Origin: Candidatus Woesearchaeota archaeon
GTDB taxonomy: Archaea; Nanobdellota; Nanobdellia; Pacearchaeales; GW2011-AR1
Assembly (NCBI GenBank): GCA_964617015.1
Contig: CAZTVG010000001.1
Coordinates: 46,584 to 110,583 of the forward strand
Reading direction: 5' to 3'
DNA length: 64,000 bases
The notes beneath the pieces were generated by a model, which saw nothing but the letters and a program-made list of their open reading frames with translations, had not been told where the DNA came from and did no database searches. Position numbers and translations under genes: made by a program. Shown here piece after piece: positions 18,125 to 26,461 of the stretch. The number at the start of each line of letters is the position of its first letter. Position 1 is the first letter of the stretch.

Positions 18125-19051
18125 ATGGCTTTTATAAAAAAATGTCCTGAATGTGGAAGCATTCATCTTACCTATGACCCTCACTTAGGGGAAATTATCT
18201 GTAATGACTGTGGCCTCGTGGTTGAAGAAAAGATGGTTGATACTGGCATTGATTTACAGGGAAAGTTTGACAAGGGAGAGAAAAAAGGACGTGGAGGAGC
18301 TCCGACAAGCATTCAGAAATTTGACAAAGGACTTACAACCAATGTGGGGGAGATTTCTGATATTTACAGACTTGAACCCAAGCAAACCAGAAAATTCCTT
18401 AGACTCAAAAGGTGGCAGGAAAGGGTCTCCACAAGCATTGAAAGAAATCTAAGACTGGCAATGGCTGAGCTGAGAGTTATTGCTTCTTACTTAAATCTTC
18501 CCAACGTGATAAAAGACGATGCTGCAAGAATTTACAATTATGTCCTGCAGAGAGGTCTTGTTCGTGGCAGAAGCATGGAATCTGTAATTGCCGCCTGCTT
18601 ATATGCTGCCTGTAGATCCTACAACATCCCAAGAACTCTGGATGAAATGGCAACAGCTTCTGATGTTGAGAGAAAGGAAATAGGAAGAACTTATAGATTC
18701 GTAATAAGAAAACTCGGAATCAAAGTTAAACAAAGTTCCCCTAAAGACTATATCTCAAGATTCTCTTCTGTTTTAAAGCTCTCGCCAAAAACACAAAACG
18801 ATGCCCTTAAGGTCTTGAAAAGGGCAGAAGAGGTTGAATTAACCTCTGGAAGAGGTCCTGCAGGGATTGCTGCTGCAGCTTTGTATGTTGCAGCTTTGAT
18901 AAATGATGAAAAGAAAACACAGAGAGAGGTTGCAGATATTGCGGGAATAACAGAAGTCACAATAAGAAACAGGTATAAAGAACTTATAGAAAAGCTTAAT
19001 CTTGAGGATAAAATAAAGCAGAAAGAAAGCGAAACCAAGGCAAAAAGGTAG
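18125..19051 (+). CDS. tfb: transcription initiation factor TFB (TFIIB homolog)
   Basis: 308 aa. N-terminal Zn ribbon CPECGS...CNDCG, B-reader, two cyclin-like repeats. Confidence 0.9.
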   Translation: MAFIKKCPECGSIHLTYDPHLGEIICNDCGLVVEEKMVDTGIDLQGKFDKGEKKGRGGAPTSIQKFDKGLTTNVGEISDIYRLEPKQTRKFLRLKRWQERVSTSIERNLRLAMAELRVIASYLNLPNVIKDDAARIYNYVLQRGLVRGRSMESVIAACLYAACRSYNIPRTLDEMATASDVERKEIGRTYRFVIRKLGIKVKQSSPKDYISRFSSVLKLSPKTQNDALKVLKRAEEVELTSGRGPAGIAAAALYVAALINDEKKTQREVADIAGITEVTIRNRYKELIEKLNLEDKIKQKESETKAKR

Positions 19052-19055
19052 GATT

Positions 19056-19529
19056 CTAAAGATTACTTTCAAACTCCATTAAACGGATAATGGTAGCCCC
19101 TAAAGGTACAACGCATTTCTCTGCCAATGGAAGCGCATAGACAAACCATCTTGGTATAACTAAAGTATCATATCTCACAGGCATTTTACTATCTTCTTGT
19201 TGGCGTTCACACACCAGTCGTTCATATGCCAATGCTAGCTTAAACTCATAAAAATCTTGGTGATTCATATGTTCTGCTACTCTTAAAGCATCATCTGCCA
19301 TTGGGCTTAATTCACACAGACCTTTTAACAAATTCTCTAAAGACCTAACATTATCAAGAAAAAACGTGTAATTACGCATTTCGAAATCATTCATCTCCCA
19401 GGGGTCTCCAAACAAATCAGAAGAGAGAAGCCAAGGATTCTCTCTCAATTTCCGTGCTAATTTAAATCGCTCTTCCGGCGTTATTTTCATTATGTTTAAC
19501 TTTTCTCCACTCATTGCTCGTCTGTACAA
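19056..19529 (-). CDS. hypothetical protein, compositionally atypical (Arg/Trp-rich, Lys-poor)
   Basis: 157 aa, no recognisable motif. Only about 6% Lys versus 12-15% in neighbouring proteins. Confidence 0.4.
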   Translation of the reverse strand: MYRRAMSGEKLNIMKITPEERFKLARKLRENPWLLSSDLFGDPWEMNDFEMRNYTFFLDNVRSLENLLKGLCELSPMADDALRVAEHMNHQDFYEFKLALAYERLVCERQQEDSKMPVRYDTLVIPRWFVYALPLAEKCVVPLGATIIRLMEFESNL

Positions 19530-19620
19530 AAATAGGTTTTTAATAATTATTCTTTACAATAATATACTTCAATTTCAAGATTCTAAAACTTTTTATAGAC
19601 TTATTTAGTGATATTTTTAT

Positions 19621-19704
19621 GTGGGGATGCCGGAGTGGTCAAACGGGCTGCGCTTAGGACGCAGTGGCTTAGTGCCTACGGGGGTTCGAATCCTCCTCTC
19701 CACA
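19621..19704 (+). tRNA. tRNA-Leu (UAG), long variable arm
   Basis: GTGGGGA-TG-CCGGAGTGGTCAAACGGG-CTGCG-CTTAGGA-CGCAG-TGGCTTAGTGCCTAC-GGGGG-TTCGAAT-CCTCC-TCTCCAC-A. Confidence 0.8.
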
Positions 19705-19715
19705 TTAAGACCTGT

Positions 19716-19755
19716 TAGCTTAGTGCGTACCTAGGTTCGAATCCTAGCTTCCGCA
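19716..19755 (+). other. diverged tRNA-Leu 3' half (variable arm + T-arm + acceptor 3' strand); preceding ATTAAGA resembles a UAA anticodon loop
   Basis: TAGCTTAGTGCGTAC-CTAGG-TTCGAAT-CCTAG-CTTCCGC-A aligns to the 3' 40 nt of the adjacent tRNA-Leu at about 75% identity with compensatory T-stem changes. No complementary 5' half (GCGGAAG...) was found in the window. Confidence 0.5.
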
Positions 19756-19773
19756 TTATTCAATAAAGAATTT

Positions 19774-22700
19774 CTATCTGCATTCAAGGAATAAAGAGTA
19801 TATCTCATCCTTAAAACCAATTACATCTTCAACATACCTAATATTTCCTTTACTGCAATCAGTATTCCATCCATTATATCCTCTCAAAGCTCTTGTCCAG
19901 CCACTATAAGTTTTTCCATTGCAAACATACTCCTTAGAAGAAGAAACATGATTATTAATTAATAAATTAATTCCAAAATTCACATTTTCATCAAAATTTA
20001 ATTTTTCTCCATGCACATTTTTATTTATCTGCATAATTCCCAGACTCGTTCCTTCATCTCCCGCAAGGATTTCTGCTTTGTTATTTTCACAATAAAGAGG
20101 GTTATTGTTTTCATATGGACCTTGACAGTGCCTTATTCTGCTTTCAGTGTATGCGACCTGCAATACAAGACATTCAAAAGAGCTTGCTCCTGTATCTGCT
20201 TTGACAGAGGCATCATCAATTCCTCTTTGCTGTTTTATTTCAACTGCAAGCTCAATTATTTTTTTCCCTAAAACCTGCTGGCACTCTGTGGATGTTGAAC
20301 AAGTAAGTTTAATTTCTTCTCTAGACTCTCCAGCCTCAATATATTCTCTAGGACCTTCAAATGTAGAATCTATATCAAAAATAATTTCAGCGCCATCGTA
20401 AAATTGCTTTCCTTCCAAATTTTTAATTAAATCAATAAATTCAGATTCAGGTTTGGTTTTTTCGAAATCTCTTACGCTTTCTGTTTCAGGAACAAGCACC
20501 CAACTTATTATATCAAAAGACCATGTCCATTTTTTTAAATTATCATCAAATTTGAAATACAACTCCTCACCCGTTATAATGTCTTCAGTCACAATAAACA
20601 ATTTCTTATCAGTAAATTTAATCCTTTCTGTATATAATTCAGCATCATCAAAAAAACCACCTTCATCATTGAATCTAGTTCTTTCAATTAACAATCTTAA
20701 ACCGTCAGAATAAGTTTTGTCTTTTAACTGAATCAAAAACTTCTTTTCTTTTTCAGGAGCATTTATATAAGCTTCATCCACATTTAACCACGAATCTAGA
20801 TTATTTTTATTACTAGATACATGCCATTCTGTTCCAGAATAAGTATAGTAGAAATCCTGCCCAAAAACCACTCCATCTTCAAACAAAAATATGGGATAAC
20901 TAAGAAAACCGCTGATTAATCCTGCTTTAATTGCTTCTTCTCCTGTTATGCTTCCTTCTTGAAGTTTCTCTGCCAATGTTTTTTCTCCTTCTTCAATTTT
21001 ATCAATTTCTGGTTTGAGTTTTTCAAATGCAATAATAGCAAGGTCTGCATAAACATCTCCTCTCAAAAGTGTCAAATAACCCTTCTGACTGCCAAAGAAA
21101 ACCCTATCAATATTATCACTAATCAAATTTATTTTATTGAAGTTATCATCTTCAGAATCAATTTCCTCCAAAAGACTCTCGAAGTCTTCAACAAAACCAC
21201 CTTCTTTTTGAAGTGTTTCAATGTAATTAGGTGCAACTTTTCCAAGCACTTCGTTTTCAAGATTTGTATTTCTTAGAGTACTTTTTACACTGTCTGTGTC
21301 AAGCCAGCACTGAATCTTTGTGTTTCCGCAATTTCCAACAGGTTGCCATCTTCCCTTTTCTGTATTCGCAAGTACATCTGTTCCCAAACCTGGATTGGCT
21401 GTTGCACATATTCTTGTGATTCCGCGATTGTAAATAGCAGGATTTGTGACTTCTGTTACTCCAGCCTGCAAGTTAGGAGAAAGTAAACTGTAAATACTTG
21501 GAGTCCCTGAAACACATGCTGTTTCAGAAGTTATATCTTTCTGAGCAGCCTGAGAAGCGACATATTGTTCTGTGATATAATTTACTCCAAAAGATGTTGT
21601 AACTTGCTTAAAGCCACACTCTTCCTGACCATTGACGATTATACACATCTCCCGATAACCAGAAGGAGCTGTAATATCTCTTGTTTCAGTGAAAAAGTCT
21701 CCTGCCTTGATAAACCCTTGAGCAATTATTCTTCTTACACCAGTATCCTGGTAGAAAGAACCTCCTGTTCCTCTAAGATAAACTTGGTAATACGCTGGGA
21801 AATCTTTTCCTGCATAGATGTGGTAAAATACCTTGTATTGTGAGACAGGTGGAACAGTGGCTGTGGTGAAGGGAATCTCGTCAAATCTTCCATAAAATTG
21901 TGCAGGAGAATCAGGGGTTGTAAGAGCGTCAAAGAAATTTCCTCCAGAAGGCCCTGCAATAGAAACAAAATTCTTGCAGACAGCTGTTCCTACATCTTCT
22001 ACAGACCTTGCCTTGAATGCCCGGAAAGAGTTTGCAGCATAATACTGTGTAAAGTATCCTGTGGATTGTGAGGCAGTATCCCATGCATTTGCAACTCCAA
22101 GATACTCTCCTCCTCCACGAACATTTTGTCCAAGCACTGTTCCAAGTCCTTTGGTAAGCGCTATTTTTGCCAGTGGAATAGACTGTCTCCAGAAGAAATC
22201 ACACATGTATATGCTATTAATTTCATCACAAATTCCAGTTGTTTGCCCTGTATCTAAACTTGCCTGCAAACACTGCTGATAAGAATCAAAAACAGTCAAC
22301 AAGCCATCTATGCCTGCGTGAACTCCTGAAAGGCAGATAGGAATTTTTACCTCTGGAAAGTTTGGTAGGCACAAGGCCAAACTGCCTGCTATTCCAGACT
22401 GTATAACATCTTTAACAGGATATGCTCCGCCTAAATCACATCTTGAACTTGGGCATACAACAGGATCACAAACATTAAACAATAAATTACAATCTGTGGG
22501 AGACATAAAATCCTGGCATTGTATGTCTGGAATACCTATTGCAGGTTCTCCCACTTGAATTGACCGGCCAAGTATTTGTACTTTCCTAACTCCATCATGA
22601 TATCCTCTTTCAGCATCTGAAATTGCCCTTACTGCCTTAATTGCCAATGAAGATGATTTGCTTTTATCTAATCCTGGAAACTGATTGTAAGGTTGATTTG

Positions 22701-25700
22701 TCCCTGGATTTATCATTTCACAAGTATCATCACCTATTCCAGAATCAAACTCTGCTCTTCCATTTCTTCCCACATTGCAAAGCCAGAAACTTCGAACTAC
22801 TCCTGAAGCATCATAAGCTCTTATTGCCCCACCTATTGGTGTAGTTGGTTTAACATAAGCATACCAACCTTCTTTAACATTAAATGGAACAATTGCGGGA
22901 AATCCTGCGTAAATGCCTACCTCATAATATCTTACTCTTGGATTTACAAATTGATTTTGATAAGTTGTTGAATCATATCTTCTTAAAGCAAGTCCTAGAG
23001 GATTTATGTTATCTTCTTCTACAGGAGTCAAACTACCATCATTATTTATCCTGTAAGTTTGAGTTATTATGAAATTATTATTTAAAGTTAAAAGATATTC
23101 TTTTCCATCAGATTCGTCAAAAAATTTCTGGACAAATTCTTTATCTTCTATAGAATCACTCTTATAATTATTCCTTGCCCTTACTTCCTCAAATGTTTTA
23201 ACTTCAGTAATTGCATATTCCTTTAGTTTTTTAGTAGAGCCTATTATAACTGGACCACCATATTCACCTTCAAGAGTTTGTCTTTTGACATCTCTCTGTG
23301 TATTAACATAAATATCTGCAAGTTCTTTTTTGACTTCTGCCCGGGCAATTGCCCTTATTCTTTCATTTTCAGAATTCACAAGTCTTGAATTCAGCTGAAG
23401 ATTTCTTGCCTGTGTTAAAAATGAAGTGTCTGAATTTATTCTGGCAATTGCATCTGAAACAAGAACATCCTGATTTCCTATTTTAATTTTATCATTTTCA
23501 AAAACCCCTTTCAAATTATCACTTAATTCCTTGTTGAAATCACTATCAACATATTCTTTCAATACTTTTTCTGTATCTTCTCCAGCTTTCCCTAATTTTT
23601 CACGAATAGTTTTGAATTCCTGGTTTTGTTTTTCCATTCCTCCAAAGATAATGTCAATATCTGCATCTATTGCATCTGAATTATCAAGAAGACATGAATC
23701 CACGCTTCCATATGTTGCCATGGACTCTTTTTTATTGCAGAATTCAAACCACCCAGAGTCACCCCTCATGACATTCTGCCTTGCAATCCCCTTTCCTCCA
23801 AGATTTGAAAAGAAATTCTTTATAGTCAACGTGGTTCCGACCCCAAGACATGCAGCCTTTAGACTACTGACAACTGTTCCGAGCTTCCCATTTATATCCT
23901 GCCATTTTTCTAAAGTTTTATTTAAAGATTCAATTCTTTCTCTTGTTTTTTCAGGGGATAACTGAATTCCTCTTTTTTCAATTCCTATCTTAAATCTAAA
24001 TGGAACACTTGTTCTTGCGTAATTTATTTTTGGATTTATTGAGACTTTTGCCAGTTTCTTTAGGTTAACTTCAAGAAGTGTAAATTTATATTTGCTTCCA
24101 AAACTTTCCGGGAAGTTTTTGTTTAATCTTTTAGTAGAAGTTCCCAGAATAAAAGCTTTTGTAGCTTCTGTTGTGCTTCTTTCTATCTGAAGATTAACTC
24201 TTACTGTAGCTGTTGCCTCCCTGTCTAAATCATCTCTGCGCAAATCCAAAAGCTGGATGAATTCGTCTTTGCTTAAATGATTAATGCTATTCTTCCTAAG
24301 AGTTATTTTATAAGGGCTTCCTTCCGGAGGACTGACTAATATTTCTGCCGAAAACTCGTCAAGAGATGGCTCTCTTATTCTGTCAAAAACAATTCTGTAG
24401 GTTCGTCCATCAATCAAAACGTCTCTGACTGCACTTTCAGTGCTTGAAAGCTTGTAAGCATTTCTACAAATATCAGTCACAACAGAATCAGGATAACTAT
24501 CCCTGAATTCATCACATAACTCAATAGCTGTTCTTTTTTGTCCTGTTAACCACGCAAGTTCTATTTTTGAAAATAAAGCCGCTTCACCAAGAGTTTCTGT
24601 TAGTTCCCCAAAAGATTCTTCCTGGGGAAAACTTGCAATAACAGTATCATAATCTCTTTCTGCTTTCCCATAAAAATTACTGACATCTGCTGACAAGGAT
24701 GAAATGTCTGAATCCTGTGCTTCTGCAAAACCAACAATAGCAAGAGTTTTTCCAAAAACCTTTTCTGACTCTCTGAAAGAAACAGATTCAAATGATTGTC
24801 CTGAAAGAAATCTGAGCCCTTTTTCTACACTTGAAAAAGCACCCTTAAACCCTTCCTTGATTAACTGATTCAAGTTGTCTATGTTTGAAGAAGGGAATCT
24901 GTTTACAAATCCACCAATAGAATTTAATACATTTTCTGTTAAAGCTTCTCCCTGGCCAGGCATGGAAACAGTAACAATAAATAAATTTTGTTCAGCTGTG
25001 CCAATGCCTTCTGTTCCAACATATGCGAGATAAACTGATTTCTCAGTTTCCTTACCTTTTTCAATCTCCTGGTAAAGTCTGTCCCCAACACTAACTTCAA
25101 TTGGTTTTCCTTCTATTTTCAGGTTTATTTTCGGATTGATTGTCATATCAAAAACACCCCTTCTCACATCTTCCCTGCAGCTAATCCTGACTCCCTCATT
25201 TACACCGTTTTTAATTATTCTTGTTACCTGACACTTGTTTTCAAGGAATCTTTCTCCTTCCTTGACCTCGACAACATCTTCATTTATTCTTAATTTTGCC
25301 CTTGTGTTTGGATTTTCCAAACCATTTAGCCTAACCTGCATTGACCCAAGACAATAATTAAAGCCAGGCATGAAAATTTCCCTTGATGTTTCGCCTACAT
25401 TAAGATTCACAGTCTGAAGTTTTCTTTTTACACCTGAAGTCCCAGAGCCATAGGTCTCTCTGTCAGAATAAATTGAAATTGATGCACCTAGATTATCAAT
25501 TGAATCTGCTCTCAGATACCCCTTACCTCTCCAAAAGCCATACTGACGGAAATTTTCCTCCCACTGCTCATCACTTAATTCAGGAAGGTAAAAATTAGCT
25601 CTTCCCACACCAAAAGCATTTTTTACATCATACCTTATTGTTGCTGTTAAATTTCCCAGAATAAATTCAGGCATTGCAGATTCATTTGCCTGCCTTCTCA

Positions 25701-26184
25701 GGACTATGACCGCATAACCTATGTTATTCAAAACAGGCTGGTTAAGCTGGGCACCATATCTCCCCAAGGCAGCTCTTGCAGGCACATAAGTCACTCCAAC
25801 AACTTCTTTAGGTTTTGGTCCTGCAAAAGAAAAAATAATATTATTAATGGCTTCAATTTTTATCAAAGGATTTAATTGTGTTGCAACTATTGGACAAAAA
25901 ACAGGAACGTTCTGATCTTCAAGGAGGTCGCTTCTTACAACAGATGGCTCACAACCCAAAGGGTTAACCTGAAGAATAAAATCCTGTCCTGCTTCACACA
26001 TGCTTCTGTCAAATAAAGGAAACTGCAAATCTCCCTGGAAAGGAACAAAAGTCGGGTAATAAGCAACATTGGAACGTGAGTAAGTATTGCTAGCACCACT
26101 GAAAATTTGCGATGAAATTAAAGATAATGCAAATACAATTCCAATTAATAATAAAATTCCGATTACTATTTGTTTTTTCTTCAT
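19774..26184 (-). CDS. giant secreted protein (2136 aa) with N-terminal signal/TM, central Cys-rich region and C-terminal lytic transglycosylase (SLT/lysozyme-like) domain
   Basis: N-terminus MKKKQIVIGILLLIGIVFALSLI. C-terminal 130 aa carry SLT family motifs AYTES (catalytic Glu-Ser), GIMQIN (GLMQ motif) and ALRGYNGW (AYNxG motif). Confidence 0.7.
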   Translation of the reverse strand: MKKKQIVIGILLLIGIVFALSLISSQIFSGASNTYSRSNVAYYPTFVPFQGDLQFPLFDRSMCEAGQDFILQVNPLGCEPSVVRSDLLEDQNVPVFCPIVATQLNPLIKIEAINNIIFSFAGPKPKEVVGVTYVPARAALGRYGAQLNQPVLNNIGYAVIVLRRQANESAMPEFILGNLTATIRYDVKNAFGVGRANFYLPELSDEQWEENFRQYGFWRGKGYLRADSIDNLGASISIYSDRETYGSGTSGVKRKLQTVNLNVGETSREIFMPGFNYCLGSMQVRLNGLENPNTRAKLRINEDVVEVKEGERFLENKCQVTRIIKNGVNEGVRISCREDVRRGVFDMTINPKINLKIEGKPIEVSVGDRLYQEIEKGKETEKSVYLAYVGTEGIGTAEQNLFIVTVSMPGQGEALTENVLNSIGGFVNRFPSSNIDNLNQLIKEGFKGAFSSVEKGLRFLSGQSFESVSFRESEKVFGKTLAIVGFAEAQDSDISSLSADVSNFYGKAERDYDTVIASFPQEESFGELTETLGEAALFSKIELAWLTGQKRTAIELCDEFRDSYPDSVVTDICRNAYKLSSTESAVRDVLIDGRTYRIVFDRIREPSLDEFSAEILVSPPEGSPYKITLRKNSINHLSKDEFIQLLDLRRDDLDREATATVRVNLQIERSTTEATKAFILGTSTKRLNKNFPESFGSKYKFTLLEVNLKKLAKVSINPKINYARTSVPFRFKIGIEKRGIQLSPEKTRERIESLNKTLEKWQDINGKLGTVVSSLKAACLGVGTTLTIKNFFSNLGGKGIARQNVMRGDSGWFEFCNKKESMATYGSVDSCLLDNSDAIDADIDIIFGGMEKQNQEFKTIREKLGKAGEDTEKVLKEYVDSDFNKELSDNLKGVFENDKIKIGNQDVLVSDAIARINSDTSFLTQARNLQLNSRLVNSENERIRAIARAEVKKELADIYVNTQRDVKRQTLEGEYGGPVIIGSTKKLKEYAITEVKTFEEVRARNNYKSDSIEDKEFVQKFFDESDGKEYLLTLNNNFIITQTYRINNDGSLTPVEEDNINPLGLALRRYDSTTYQNQFVNPRVRYYEVGIYAGFPAIVPFNVKEGWYAYVKPTTPIGGAIRAYDASGVVRSFWLCNVGRNGRAEFDSGIGDDTCEMINPGTNQPYNQFPGLDKSKSSSLAIKAVRAISDAERGYHDGVRKVQILGRSIQVGEPAIGIPDIQCQDFMSPTDCNLLFNVCDPVVCPSSRCDLGGAYPVKDVIQSGIAGSLALCLPNFPEVKIPICLSGVHAGIDGLLTVFDSYQQCLQASLDTGQTTGICDEINSIYMCDFFWRQSIPLAKIALTKGLGTVLGQNVRGGGEYLGVANAWDTASQSTGYFTQYYAANSFRAFKARSVEDVGTAVCKNFVSIAGPSGGNFFDALTTPDSPAQFYGRFDEIPFTTATVPPVSQYKVFYHIYAGKDFPAYYQVYLRGTGGSFYQDTGVRRIIAQGFIKAGDFFTETRDITAPSGYREMCIIVNGQEECGFKQVTTSFGVNYITEQYVASQAAQKDITSETACVSGTPSIYSLLSPNLQAGVTEVTNPAIYNRGITRICATANPGLGTDVLANTEKGRWQPVGNCGNTKIQCWLDTDSVKSTLRNTNLENEVLGKVAPNYIETLQKEGGFVEDFESLLEEIDSEDDNFNKINLISDNIDRVFFGSQKGYLTLLRGDVYADLAIIAFEKLKPEIDKIEEGEKTLAEKLQEGSITGEEAIKAGLISGFLSYPIFLFEDGVVFGQDFYYTYSGTEWHVSSNKNNLDSWLNVDEAYINAPEKEKKFLIQLKDKTYSDGLRLLIERTRFNDEGGFFDDAELYTERIKFTDKKLFIVTEDIITGEELYFKFDDNLKKWTWSFDIISWVLVPETESVRDFEKTKPESEFIDLIKNLEGKQFYDGAEIIFDIDSTFEGPREYIEAGESREEIKLTCSTSTECQQVLGKKIIELAVEIKQQRGIDDASVKADTGASSFECLVLQVAYTESRIRHCQGPYENNNPLYCENNKAEILAGDEGTSLGIMQINKNVHGEKLNFDENVNFGINLLINNHVSSSKEYVCNGKTYSGWTRALRGYNGWNTDCSKGNIRYVEDVIGFKDEIYSLFLECR

Positions 26185-26185
26185 C

Positions 26186-26338
26186 TTATTTCTTTTTTGA
26201 TTTTTTTATTTCTTCCTTTGCTTCTGGAAAAATGCTTCCAGTGTATCCGCATTTCCTGCATTCCATCATTCCTATATTTCCTCCTGCAACTAAATCCAGT
26301 TCCCTGCCCTTGCATCTCGGACAAAATTTTATTTTCAT
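26186..26338 (-). CDS. 50-aa zinc-ribbon protein (MKIKFCPRCKGRELDLVAGGNIGMMECRKCGYTGSIFPEAKEEIKKSKKK), not in ORF track
   Basis: Two CxxC pairs (CPRC, CRKC). Stop lies 2 nt before the giant gene ATG, between the 607-aa gene and the giant gene on the same strand. Confidence 0.5.
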   Translation of the reverse strand: MKIKFCPRCKGRELDLVAGGNIGMMECRKCGYTGSIFPEAKEEIKKSKKK

Positions 26339-26461
26339 TTTTAATTTAAACCAATTGCATTTTGCTTAATTTTAATCTCAAATTATTATCTGTTAATTCT
26401 TTTTTATCGGCTATTAACTTCATCTTGTGTAGCCCATATACATTAATATTTTTCATCATTA

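Noticed and set aside
20011-26369. Numerous short plus-strand ORFs (for example 20011-20271, 20959-21276, 23531-23965, 26112-26369) inside the giant gene
   Set aside because: They are antisense to a continuous 2136-codon reading frame and lack motifs. They are typical shadow ORFs in an AT-rich sequence.
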